Shown piece by piece: positions 25,054 through 38,232 of a stretch of 64,000 bases of DNA. The position numbers and the translations under genes were made by a program. Each line of letters begins with the position of its first letter. Position 1 is the stretch's first letter. The DNA comes from Eledone cirrhosa (lineage: Eukaryota). Under the pieces are notes generated by a model, which saw only the letters and a list, made by a program, of their open reading frames with translations, was not told the origin of the DNA and did not search any database. The DNA lies in contig OZ024740.1 of assembly GCA_964016885.1 (NCBI GenBank), positions 337,466,001-337,530,000 on the forward strand. Direction: 5' to 3'.

Positions 25054-28000
25054 ATGGATGTGTTAAGAGTAGGATGTTTAAATGCACGTGGCCTGGGCTC
25101 AACTTGGAAGCAAGCAAAGCTTCTAAATGACCTCAGGTCATGTGGTATAAATGTAATGGTTATCTGTGAGACTCGAATCAGCGTCGTGCGGCAGCTGGCC
25201 CCTACCTTCGATGACTTTGAGGTGCATGCATCTCTCTGTCAACCTGGAGGTGGGGGTGGGGTTGTCGTACTGCTGCAAAAACACCTGGGTCTTGCCGTAC
25301 AGGTTGTGCACTCGGACCCGGAGGGTCGTTTGTTAGTGCTAGACGCTGGCAGTAGTGAAGGTGCGGCCTTGAGACTGGTCGCCGTCTACTCCCCTTTCGG
25401 AGCTGAACGGCCCGACTTCTTCCAGCGTTTGGAGACTTTTCTGGGAACGTCGCGTTCCCTGCTTCTAGCGGGGGATTGGAATGACATCCTAGATGCACGT
25501 TGGGACTATGCAGGAGCATGTCCTAATAGAGGGGGGTGTAACAGCCTCAAGGGGTTACTCGACCGTTTTAACTTGGTCGATAGATATCGACTAGATTTTC
25601 CAACTGTGCCTACCTGGACTTGGAGAAACCACAGTGGTCAATCTAGATCGTACTTAGATAGATTCTTAGTTAGAAGTAAGGATAGGGACATATTAAGCTG
25701 TCCAGAAATGCGCACGGTTGGCTACACGGATCACAAATTAGTGACCTGCGTAGTCAATCTCGAGAAAACACATAAACAGGGTCCCGGTTACTGGAAACCT
25801 AATTTGTCTTTACCGGCAAAAGAGACTTACAGAAACCGGATTAGCAGATTAGTTAAGGAGAGGTTGACGGGTGCAATCGTCAACAACCGATGGTGGGCAT
25901 CTCTCAAAAGAGAGATTAGAACAGAATCAATAAGTTATAGCAAGATGTTAGCTGCCGATAGGAATAGAAACGAGAAAGAATTAACAGGTAAATTAGAAGA
26001 GGCAATCAAGAGCGAAGATGTGGCCAGAGTGCTGGCATCGAGGACGGCCTTGAACCAGTTTTTCGATGCAAAGCACGAAGGCTGCGTCATTCGAAGTAAA
26101 ATACATGCTCTAAGTAATGAGGGGGCCAAAGCCGTTGGCTGGGCCCGCGTGACAGAAGCTAAGAGTGGAAATCGATCCACCATCCGGTCGTTGCAAGACG
26201 AAGATGGACGGGTGATCCGGGAGCCTAAGCAGATGTGCGAGGCCTTTCAAAGGCACTTTACCCGATTGTTCGGGGGAGGCGAGGGTCCGGGCGGGGGCGT
26301 GGATTTCGGTCCATACCTCGACGGCCTGCCGCGTCTCTCGAGCGAAGAGGCAGAGTCCTGCGAGGGACCAATCTCGGCTGATGAGATCGGAGATGCGCTG
26401 AGCCAATGCAGCAGACGCAAATCTCCAGGTCTCGATGGTATACCTTACGAACTTTATTTAGCAATGCCGGTCTTCTTCTCCGAACTCCTCGAAGCGGTCT
26501 ACTGCAATTGGCAGCAGAACGGGAGAATTCCTTGTTCTGTAGCCAAAGGCGTAGTCACGCTGGTGAGGAAGGACGAGAACAAGGGAGATAGTATAAATAA
26601 TTTTCGGCCCATAACCCTGCTAAACACAGAGTTAAAGATTTTGGCCAAGGTGTTAGCAAAGAGGTTGGCGCTTGTCGTGGGTGGCCTGGTGGGAGATGCG
26701 CAGACATGTGCTATCCCATCCAGGTCCATTCACGATAACCTCCACCTCATGCGATACATCATAGAGAGGGTTGGCAACAAACCCGGCTTCGGTGGGGCCC
26801 TGATCAACTTGGATCAGTCTAAGGCCTTCGATAGGGTCGACCATGGTTACCTGGATGCGGTGCTAGCAGCGGCTGGGTTCGGTCCTGTTTTCAGAGGCTG
26901 GATCACTGCCTTACATAGCAACCACATCTGTTCTAGGATCAAGGTGAACGGCTACCTTTCGAAGCCGTTTGAAATCACACGATCCATTCGACAGGGGAGC
27001 CCTCTCTCCCCCCTTCTGTACGTATTGACTCTCGAGCCTTTACTGAGGAAGTTAGAGTTGTTGCAGGGTATCCCCCTGGAACCAGGATTGAGCAAAGCGG
27101 TGTCGGCCTACGCCGATGACGTAACAGTAATGGTATCGACCGACTCGGAGATCGAGGCGATCGGTACCTTACTGGAGGATTACAAAAGGTTGTCAGGAGC
27201 GAAACTGAACCGGGAAAAATCCATCGGGCTGCAACTCGGAACGTGGAGAGGCAGACCGGTGCCTTCCGACGGTGTCGTCGGACACTGGATGGAGGGCCCG
27301 GTAAAGTTGCTTGGGGTCTGGTTTGGACCGGACCTCCAGGTGGAAAAGAACTGGAACGAGGTTACGAACAAGGTGTTCGCACTAACCCAGAAATGGGCCA
27401 AGTGTAAGCTGTCCCTAAAAGGGCGGCCGGAGGTGGCGAACATTTACATAGCGTCCGTCACTTACTACCGCCTGACTGTCGTGCCTTGCCCTAAGGAAAC
27501 ACTCACCACCATGGAATGCATGCTCTTCCAATTTCTTTGGAAGAAGCGCCCTCTTATGGTGAGAAGATCCATCTGCTGCCAATAACCTTCGAAAGGAGGG
27601 CTGGGGATGCCGTGGTTGATGATGCGTAGGCACGCATTAAGGCTACGGCACCTACAGGTATTCCTCACTGGTCAACCGGTGTGGGCTCCGTTCGTGAAAC
27701 GAGCCTTTCCGAGACTCGTCTCGCTCACTGAGCTGCAGTCCTGGGTCAAGCAAAGATCCGGAAAACTGGGAGACTGGCACACTGAGTGTGATCAGGCGCT
27801 CAGGGCTCTCTGGCAAGCGGGCCAGGCCGTCGGTGGAGAATCCACCTCATCATTCTATAGAGGGCTGGTGGCTAGCAGGGGCGATGACACCCTTGGAGAG
27901 TCGCTGGACATGGAAGAGGACGAACTGGCCAGCCTGTTCGGTAGGACTTTCGGCCCGGGACCAATGGACAACTTCCAGAAGTCACTAGCCTGGCAGTGCT

Positions 28001-28482
28001 ACCGGGGGGCTCTACCCGTTCGAGAGAGGCTCTACAGACACGGGCGCCCGGGCAGGGATCCCTCAAAAAAGATTTGCCCTAGATGCGTGCGTCACAAAGA
28101 AACCGTTGCGCACGCATTGGTGCAATGTCCGGGCGTGGCTGATCTGTGGGGCTACGCCGAACGACTGCTGTCGCCGATTCAATTGACCGCCGAGTCCGTG
28201 ATGACAATCAAACCGCCTCCCCTCTTCACAAAGGAAGCAAAGGCGGTTTTTCTGTGCGTAATAGCCATGCTGAAAGAGGTTGTTTGGTGGACACGATTGA
28301 AAGGTCTGAGGTCAGGCAACTTCCTCTCTGGCCATAGTCTGGTCTACTTCTTCCGATATCACTTCGGAAGAAGGATAAGAATGGAGAGAGGGGTGCTTGG
28401 CCACAGGCAGTTTTATGAAAAGTGGGTGATAGTGGCGAGAATGGCTCGTGTAAATGGGCCTTCTCTGTATACCATCCTGTAG
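25054..28482 (+). pseudogene. Tx1 ORF2 (APE endonuclease, reverse transcriptase, C-terminal CCHC) with one in-frame TAA at 27583-27585
   Basis: Motifs CETR, AGDWN, YLDRF, TDHK, SPGLDG, FRPITLLN, DQSKAFDRVDH, RQGSPLSP, YADD and CPRC..H..C. ORFs 25054..27585 and 27607..28482 share a frame. The related copy at 51280 has CAC (His) at the stop position. Confidence 0.93.
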
Positions 28483-28713
28483 GTAAAGAAGTAAAGGAGA
28501 GGGGAGCACCTTCTCCATGTGCTCCCCGGGCAAAGGATTGCACACTTTTTCGGGTGTGTGTGCAACCCCCATCACGTCCCCTCCCTTTTGAGGTTATTTT
28601 CGATTATTTTCATTTTATACCCTTTTTACTCGATTGTATGTAAACTCCCCCTTTGTATTTGTCCCTTCTTTTTATGCCTTTATGGTAAATAAAGAAATCT
28701 ATCTATCTATCTA

Positions 28714-28797
<84 letters not shown>

Positions 28798-29759
28798 GTG
28801 TGTGTATGGATGTATGGATATGTGTGTGTGTTTGTGGTGTGTATGTGTATAGGTGTCAGTATAATACTCAGCCACTCATATAATACAATGAGTAGGTAGC
28901 TGTGCATGTGTATAGACACACATAAATGTGCAAACATTCACACAGATTTATATATGAGTATGAGGATACGGAAGTGCGGAAAGCTATGACAAATATTGTG
29001 TTAATGTTAAATAAGTAAATAAGAAAGTTTCTAGTTGAGTCACTTCTTAATATAATATATTCCACCCAATGAGACAGCTGGCTATATCTTGTCCATTTGT
29101 GGCAGATATGTGGGAAAATGGCCGAAATATTTGATGAACCATAACTCTCAGGCATTTTTTTGCATCATTTATTAAATATAGGCAGGCAAGTTTGTATTGT
29201 ACTTATCATCAATTAGTTCAAGCTATAGCTTCTATTAATCATTTCATATCTGTCATTTGCAGACCAAAAGTCACTCACATTTCTAACTCCTCCAGCAGAG
29301 AGTCATTGCTTGTCTCACATCATATACAAAAACAACATAGCCAAATTTATGCAAAAAAAAAACACACAAAAAACAAACAAAAAATATATTAATTTTAGTT
29401 TTTCCATTCTCTTCTTTTGAGAAGGAGAAAAAGGAGTTTTGTTTCTTTAATATTTTAGAATGTCTATTTTTGAAAAAAAAAAAAAAAAAAAAAAAGGAAA
29501 AAATGAGTTAGTTCTATTTTATCCTAATAATATAAAGAATTGGTTGTAATTGCGGCAGCTGTCTGTTACTGTCTTTAGAAATTCTTGACAGGGTTCCTGC
29601 TCTCACTTGAAACTATTCATAAATGTTTTCAAAGATCGAGGTATTATTTTGGACTACACACACATATATGAATGTGTGCGTGTATATATATATATATACA
29701 CACACATATATATATATATGCACACACACATATATATATATATATATACATGTATATAT

Positions 29760-29790
<31 letters not shown>

Positions 29791-29884
29791 CACACATATC
29801 TGTGTATATCTATATCTATATCCACATGCTAGTGTGGAAAATGGCTGTTAAACGATGATGATGATGATGATCTATCTATATATA

Positions 29885-29930
<46 letters not shown>

Positions 29931-30691
29931 AGATCAACATCTTATTTTCTCTCTTGAGCTGATCTGCAAATCTCCCATAGCAATTATTTTGCCCTTTACC
30001 ATCTGAAAATCTTAAAATATCTTTGCAGATGTGAGAAAGTAGGAAAATAATGCAAGGGCTGTTAATATCTGAAGATAATTACAGACTCTAAATAACCAAT
30101 ATTTGAGAATCATTTCTATAAATCTACAACTGTTGCAACTTACTTGGAATAATAATAATGATAAAATAGAACATTAAACTATAACCACTGTCACAATTTT
30201 AAAAGAATGTTGATTTGGATTCACTTGTGCCATATTTCTAACAAAGAATTTTGTTTCATTCCTCCAGGCCTTCATTTTGTATGGCTATTTTCTCAAGTTC
30301 TTTGGGGTGCATTATTTTTAGATAACCTCTGATGGTCGTTATGTCATTACATAGAGTTGCCAGGGGGAAATAAGCATGTGGTGACTGACTGCAGAATTGT
30401 TTGATCTTTGTTGCATTGAAATAACCAACCACATCAGTGTTAGCAGAATAGTCTGTGGAGCTTTCTGCAAATTTCAATGAAATGTCATGTTTTATTGTGT
30501 CGTTTAGAGAATTGTAGCTTGAATCAATTTCTGGATCATTCAATCTAGCTGATATTTGATATATTTGAGGTCAACATAGAGCTAGTTAAACCAATAAGAG
30601 AACTTCTGTACCAAAGTCCCTTGATCTATTAAATGTAAGAGCCAAATTTCCCTTCAATCGTATATCTTAAACTCCCCACAACACAAACAAA

Positions 30692-30744
<53 letters not shown>

Positions 30745-31120
30745 GGCAATGTAACTATTAATATAGAAAAAGGTAGGAATGTCACAGCTAGAAGGCCTTT
30801 GTTCATATGTTCGTTTAATCAGGTGACTAAATAACTGTTTCTAACATAGGCACAAGGCCAGTAATTTTGAGAAGGAGCAAATCAATTAATGATGAACATC
30901 TGGCACAGGTTGAACAACCTCGTTCTCAGGGTTAACGAAATGTATGCACCAGGTATGGTGCTCTTGTAGTAACTGGCCTTAATGATCTTATATATATAAC
31001 AAATTATCAAAGATAAATATATATATATAAATATGTTCTTGTATGACGTCCTTGTAATAAACAGGGAAAACTCCAGAGTAACAAAACTCACTATTTAGAC
31101 TTAATAAAATGAATATATGT

Positions 31121-31245
<125 letters not shown>

Positions 31246-31342
31246 TATATAAATATATATACACACACATACAAGAGTTATTCATCAATTAAAATTTTTG
31301 CTCCATGAGGTGAATCAGAGCATTATAACTTCAAAATGAAAC

Positions 31343-31592
31343 AAGTGAGATAAAAAAATGTTTACCTTCTTATAATAATAAATATCCCTCCCATTGGTTT
31401 CATCTTATAAAAAACAATTTTGGATAGAAAATCGAAAATTGAGAGAAAATATTCCCTATGCAGATAACATCCCCCGAAGAGCCTATATCCTCTCAGTTTT
31501 TGATACCCTATCCAAAATTGTTTTTTTATAAGACAAAACCAATGTTGGTATATCTATTATTGTAAGATGGTAACATTTTTTAATCTCGCTTA
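31343..31592. repeat. Imperfect inverted repeat (~90-bp arms), DNA-transposon-like
   Basis: tcttataaaaaacaattttggatag pairs with ctatccaaaattgtttttttataaga, and complementarity extends outward. Confidence 0.7.
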
Positions 31593-32224
31593 CAAACAAA
31601 CGGAACATTATAATAAATGTTCGGTAAACCGATACGTACATATATATATGTGTACATGTATGTATATATATACATACTACTGAACGTCTGTATACATATA
31701 TGTATGTACGTACATACATACTTACATTTAAGTAACTGCCGTACTAAGATTGAGAATTGAAATTTCGTTTCATTTTTTCCATTTATTGTTTTCGGTGTAT
31801 CCGGCCGACTAAACTCACTTGATATGCAAATTAGGCTGCTCAGCCGTTAATATGCATAAGGAAAGTATATACTTTCAGATGTTCAATCATCTGGCAGGAA
31901 GGTATACATGCTGACGATAGCTAATAAGCTTGAAACTAGCACATCGTTCCTTTGTCAGTGTTGAACAAAAGGGCAACGATGGTTGCTAAACAGTGTACGG
32001 CTTAATTCGGGCTGTTTGTTTACAAACAAACTGAACATTATAATAAATGTTCGGTAAACTGATACGTACATATATATATATGTGTACATGTATGTATATA
32101 TATACATACTACTGTACGGCTGTATGCATATATGTATGTACGTATACATACATACTTACATTTAAGTAACTGGCGTACTACGAGTACTACGAGAAATGAA
32201 ATTTCGTTTCATTTTTTCCATTTA
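31590..32224. repeat. Two ~200-bp direct repeats (31590-31787, 32020-32224) around a ~230-bp spacer
   Basis: ttacaaacaaac.gaacattataataaatgttcggtaaac...gaaatttcgtttcattttttccatttat occurs twice. Confidence 0.85.
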
Positions 32225-34950
32225 TCATCATCATCATCATCATCAACGTTTAACGTCCGTGTTCCACGCTTGCATGGGTTTGGACGGGGGTAGTCCCACT
32301 TGAGGCAAGAGTGATTGTCTTGCTCGCATAGGACTGTCTGGCAGGTTTTCTACAGTTGGATGCCCTTCCTAACACCAACCACATTTACAGTGTGGGTCTG
32401 GGAGGTTTTTACCGTGTTGCCTACACGGCCACATTACAGCGTGGACTGTGTGTTTTTTGTCGTGACACCTACACGATCTCATTTGTTTCGGCCTGGATGG
32501 CGCGGCACCAACATAACTTTACATAGGACAGGGTGGTGTGGATGGGTGGGGGTGGTGGCGGGACGGGGTGTATTTTGTTAGAGATGCCTACTGGCAAGGC
32601 GGGTCTTCTCTGTTACTGAGTACCGCCAAAGGTCTCGGTCCAGTGACATTGTCTTGGAGAGGTGTAAGTGTGTGAGGTCGGAGTTTATCAGCTCGTCCCA
32701 GGTTTTTCTAGGTCTGCCTATTCCGTGGCTACCGTCTATCTTTATTGCCCTGCACTTTGTTATACAGCTATCGACTTTCATGCGCATCACGTGTCCATAC
32801 CAACGTAGCCTTCTCTCGAGTAAACAACATCTGATCCCTCTTATCTCTAATTTTTTCCTTAGTTCGTTTATGCTTTGCCGTTCACGTATATTACTGTTAC
32901 ACATCCAGCGGAGCATGCAAGCTTCGTTCCTCTCTAGTCTGCGTATATCCTCTGCACACAATGCCCAGGTCTCACCTGCCATGCAACATTGCTGTTCGTA
33001 TGCAGGCATCGTACAACCTGCCTTTCATTTTTAGGGAGAACCCTTTAGCAGCTAATAGTGGTATAAGCTCTCTGAACTTTTTCCAACCAGTTCTGACTCT
33101 AGCTACAGTACTTTAAGAGCACCCTCCCCCACTGCTGATTTTATCGCCCAGGTAACGGAAGCTGTCCACTATTTCTATAGAACCCTCTGCGCAATTGAAA
33201 GAGCTAGTATTTTGTGGGCACTTGCTGCTACTTATTGCACCAGAACACCGGCCACATGTAAAATCTATGTTCTTAGTTAGCTTACCTGTGATCCCACTAC
33301 ATCTTTTATGCACCCATACTTTGCATTTAGGACATAAAATGGAGTTTCTACCTACGCCTTTCCTACACACCGAGCACGACCATTTCCCAGAAGGGACCGC
33401 CGCCTTGTTTTCTTTCCTACAAACTAGAACTTTGGTCTTAGCCAGGTTAATTTTAAGTCCTTTTGACTCTAGGCCGTGCTTCCATGTTTGGAATTTCTTC
33501 TCTAGCTCGGCCATTGATTCCGCTATGAGTGTCAGGTCGTCTGCGTATAGGAGTTCCCATGGGCAGCCTGTCTTGAACTCCTCTGTTATAGCCTGAAGGG
33601 CAATAATAAATAGTAGGGGGCTGAGAACAGAGCCCTGATGGACGCCAACTTTTACGCTAAACTCTTCACTATATTCGTTGTTAATTCTAACCTTGCTGAC
33701 TGTTTCTTTATACATGGCTTGTATAGCCCTCACAAGCCATTCGTCAACGCCTAGTTTTCTAAGAGCCCACCAGATAATGGAGCGGGGGACTCTGTCGAAG
33801 GCTTTCTCCAAGTCGACAAAAGCTAAGTAGAGGGGTTTACCTTTAGCTAGGTACTTCTCCTGTAGTTGTCGTACTATGAAAAGAGCGTCTGTGGTACTTT
33901 TGCCTGACACAAACCCGAACTGCATTTCATCTAGGTCAATTCTCTCTCTGATTAGTTGCGCTATTACTTTTTCCGTGACCTTCATGACCTGGTCGATTAA
34001 TTTAATGCCTCTATAGTTACTCCTATCTAGGGCGTCTCCTTTACCCTTATAACAGTTAACGATGATGCTGCTATGCCAGTCCTTCGGAACAACCCCATTC
34101 TGTACGACTTGGTTAACTATGCGGGTGACCATGGTGTGTCCCACCGTGCCAGATGCCTTCAGCATCTCAGCAACTATTTCCGAAGGCCCAGCCGCCTTAC
34201 CTGTCTTCATATCCTTGATTGCCTTACTTATTATACTCCCCTCGACTAACACTGCTGGTCCCTCTATTGGGTCGACATGGGGGAGACTGTCTTTCTCCCA
34301 TTTATTCTCCTCATTTAGTAGCCTTTCATAGTGACACTTCCAAGCTACCTTCTTATCAGTGTCGGTGATGGCAAGTATGCCATCATCGTTAAGTACACAC
34401 TTCTCCCCGACAATATCATGGTTTTCCTTGACGCATTGCCTAGCAATCCTGAACACCTCACGTTTTTGGTCATCGCGTTGTAGGACATGCTTGAACTTTC
34501 TTTCCTCAGCTTCCCTTCTTGCTAAGTACACTTCTCTCCTAGCTTCCCTCCTGGCCACTTGATAGTCTACTCTACTTCCCCCATCCCGCCATACTTTCCA
34601 AGCCTGCTTTTTGGCCTTAATTGACCCCTCCACCTTACTGTTCCACCACCATGTTACTCTCCTCCTGCCTACAGGCCTGCTCCAGCTACAGACTTCGTCT
34701 GTCGCCAACAGCAGGTTTGCTTTCAGAAATTCCCACTGTCCCTCTATATTGTCCGACTCTAAATGTTCTTCCTTACTGTCGAAAGCATCAAGTAATATGT
34801 TTTGAAATTTATTTTTGGCTGTGGGGTCCTTTAGCTTCCATATTTTTCTCCTGAGGATAGTCCTCTTCTGCTGTCGAGTACGTCTCGTCCTGACTATGAG
34901 GTCGCTAATTATCAGTCTATGTTGGGAGGTGCATTCTTCATGGGGGAGGG
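32225..34950 (-). mobile_element. 5'-truncated RTE-clade LINE
   Basis: ORF 33113..35038 has NYRGIKL, QFGF, FVDLEKAFDRVPR, HQGSVLSP and YADD. The C-terminus is in ORF 32578..33009, followed by a (GAT)n tail. Confidence 0.95.
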
Positions 34951-35869
34951 ATTTAGATATTTTTATATATATATATATATATATAAATGAAAAGTATAAA
35001 AATTGTTGTAGCGAGAAGCTAACAGTATTCCATAACATGGAATTATTGTCTATTTCCGCAGGTTTATTTCCACCAATAGATTCCTCTCAATCATCATCAT
35101 CATCATCATAATCATCATCATCATAATATTTATATTATATATATATATGTGAAAGCGTATGGCTTAGTGGTTATAGCATTGGGCTTGCAATCGAAAGGTT
35201 GTGAGTTCAATTCTCGGACCGGGTGATGTGTTGTTTCCTTGAGCAAGACACTTTATTTCACATTGTTCCAGTTTACTCAGCTATAGAAATGAGATGATAG
35301 GACTGGGGTCCCTATGATTCCACTGCAAAGTGGTCATGTAGGCGCCACGGAAAAAAAGCACCCAGCACTCACTGTAAATGAAGTTGGTGTTAGGAAGGGC
35401 ATCCAGCTGTAGAAATCAAGCCAGAATCAGTTCCCGTATGAGCAAGACCAGGTCAGCCGACTGGACACTGCCCACAACAGGACAATCCGTCTAACCCAGA
35501 CTAGCATGGAAAAACGAACGTAAAACGGTGATAATGATGATGATGATGATAAATCCATAGAGCAAATATTTATTATTAGTACAGATTAAAGTTTAAGAAT
35601 TGCTGCTTTCATCCTATATGGGAACTTTTGAAACTGAGAAAAATCAATCTCTAGATGCAGAATAAATATTTAAAAAAACATTACAACCAAAGGAAAATAG
35701 GAAGATGTAACATTGGTTTGTGAAGACATTATTTGATGATAGACGAAATATATGCAATGATAATTACATCATTATGTGGAGCAATAAGAACAATTTCTTG
35801 CAAAGAAGAAAACAACATTGACAAGAGTTTCTGTAGTCTAGATGAAGGAAAAAGATATATATGCGTGTA

Positions 35870-36575
35870 TACAAACAGCAATGTTACATGGTAGTGAGAC
35901 TTGCGTAGATTAGAAAGAAACGAAGCTTGCATGCTCCGATGGATGTATAATAGTAATATACGCGAATGGCAAAGCATAATTGAATTGCGAGAGAGACTGA
36001 GCATAAGAGGAATCAAATGCTGTGTGCAGAAGGAAAAGAGGTTGCGTTGCTATGGACATGTGATATGTATGAAGGATGACAGCTGCATAAAAAGGTGCAG
36101 AGCACTAGAAGTCGATGGAAGCCACGGAGTGGGGAGACCCAAGAAGACCTGGGATGAGGTGATAAAAGCTGACCTTACCCAATTGCACCTCTCAAGGGTG
36201 ATGACACACGGCTGTGACCTCTGGCGTCACACAGTAATACAGAAGACCCAACTTCCCACGGGTACAAGCCGAAGCTGAAGCATATAGACAATATGACCTC
36301 ACCCCTTCCCACTGCAAAGTGGTTGTGGAGGTGCGATGGCAAAAAAGCACCCAGCCCACACTGTAAAGTGGACGTGTAGGCACCACAGAAAAAAGCACCC
36401 AGCACTCACTGTAAATGAAGTTTGTGTTAGGAAGGGCATCCAGCTGTAGAAATCAAGCCAGAATCAGTTCCCATATGAGCAAGACAAGGTCAGCCGACTG
36501 GACACTGCCCACAACAGGACAACCCGTCTAACCCATGCTAGCGTGAAAGAACATATGTAAAACGGTGATGATGAT
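35870..36575 (+). mobile_element. RTE LINE 3' fragment (same family as 16821-20490)
   Basis: RRLERNEACMLRW..GRPKKTW, with the same 3' UTR and (GAT)n tail. Confidence 0.9.
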
Positions 36576-37567
36576 GGGAGCTTCTCTATGCTGATGATCT
36601 GGTTCTTATAGCAGAATCAGTAGAAGAGCTAGAGAATAAATTCTGGCTATGGAAACAACAGTTAGAATCAAGAGGCTTGAGAGTGAACATAACTAAAACA
36701 AAAGTGTTGATAAGTAGAAGAGAGGACAATACTCTGATTCCATCGGGGAAATGGCCATGTTTGATATGTAGGAAAGGAACTGTCATAAATTCCATAAAAT
36801 GTACGCAATGCAGATCTTGGGTACACAAGAGATGTAGTGGGATAGCAGGCAAACTAACAGGTAGGAAAAACTATGTATGCAGTAGATGTACAGGGAAAGT
36901 TGGCAGTAGTAATCGCAGTGATAGACACATTTTTCCAATACAGGTGGGTTCTATAGAAGTGGTTGATAGCTTCCGGTACCTAGGGGATCAGATTAGCATG
37001 GGAGAGGGAGGGGTGTTCCGAGGCCATAGTATCTAGAATAAGGACGGGTTGGAAGAAGTTTAGGGAGCTGCTTCCTCTGTTGACAAAGAAGGGTTTCTCC
37101 CTGCATACGAAAGGACGGTTATATGATGCCTGTGTCAGATGCGCGATGCTGCATGGTAGTGAGACATGGGCAGCAACTGCAGAAGATATGCGACGGCTGG
37201 AGAGAAATGCAGCAAGTATGCTCTGTTGGATGTGCAATGTCAATGTGCGTGAACGACCAAGCATAGACGATTTGAGTTAGAAACTGGGTATAAGAGGGAT
37301 AAGTTGTGGTGTGCAGGAGAGAAGGCTGAGATGGTATGGACATGTGATGCACATGGAGGGTGACCACTGGGTAAATAAGTGCCAAGAAATCCCAGTAGAG
37401 GTAGACCATGAAAAACATGGGCGGAGGTGGTGAGAGCAGGCCTCAGATTGCTGAAACTCACCGAGGAGATGACGAAGGACCAGGACAAGTGGAGAGATGC
37501 TGTGCTGAATAGGACCTGTCCAACCCTTGCAAGCAGGGAAAAGCCTACGTAAAATGATGATGATGAT
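36576..37567 (+). mobile_element. RTE LINE 3' fragment (different subfamily) directly after the previous tail
   Basis: Begins WELLYADDL and ends acccttgcaagcagggaaaagcctacgtaaaatgatgatg. Confidence 0.9.
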
Positions 37568-37580
37568 GTGTGTGTATATA

Positions 37581-37938
37581 TATTATTATACTTTCGGAGG
37601 GTCATGCTGCCAATAAAAACATACGCACTTGTTGGTTTTCACATCAATTTATTATAAATTTCTAGTTGGTTGGTTAGTTTCATAACTGGATGGTTGTTTA
37701 TATATTGTCAAAGCTCTTTCGTCTCACATTCTGTGCGTAGGACAGAACAAAGGAAGGACACAAAATAAAAATCCAGTCCCTGAGGAGGTCACAGAATCTG
37801 ACGAAAGAGCTTTGACAATATATAAACAACCATCCGGTTATTGAACTAACCAACCCAAAATTTATAATAAATTGAAGTGAAAACCAACAGGTGCATGTGT
37901 TTTTATTGGCAGCATGACCCTCCCAAAGTGTAACAATA
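37581..37938. repeat. Fold-back element with ~145-bp inverted arms and a hammerhead-like core at the inner edge
   Basis: Arms 37581-37735 and 37790-37938. gtcc CTGAGGA ggtcacagaatctgac GAAA gagcttt gac at 37776-37816. Confidence 0.8.
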
Positions 37939-37997
37939 TCTGTTTCAACACACGTTTTCAGATAAGAAATCTTGCAAAACAAATGAAAAAACAAAGA

Positions 37998-38030
<33 letters not shown>

Positions 38031-38232
38031 TATATACACACACACAAACATAAATATATATAATTATATATAGTATTAAGGATACTATTTATGGTTATGT
38101 ATATACTAAAACCTTTTATAGTTATATATATTTTAAACCCTAAATAGTGAAAGACAGTAATTTATTACTACCTTATTACCAGTAAGATAAATAGCTCAAT
38201 GTAATGGTATCAGTTGTTCTACAGAGCAGTTA

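Larger units (their letters stand above)
22923..28697 (+). mobile_element. Near-full-length Tx1-clade (L1 group) non-LTR retrotransposon inside (ATCT)n
   Basis: Two-ORF layout and a 3' end aataaagaa. (atct)n lies on both sides (22833-22922, 28698-28721). Confidence 0.92.

Noticed and set aside
27583-27585. Programmed readthrough in Tx1 ORF2
   Set aside because: The related copy at 51278 has a sense codon (CAC) at this position, so a simple nonsense mutation is more likely.
30256-30543. 95-aa minus-strand ORF of ordinary composition
   Set aside because: No recognisable motif, non-ATG start and weak splice signals. It cannot be supported without a homology search.
31030-31090. Hammerhead-like string (ttgtatga..cct..agg gaaaactc ca gagta)
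   Set aside because: The CUGANGA box is not intact; at most a decayed copy.
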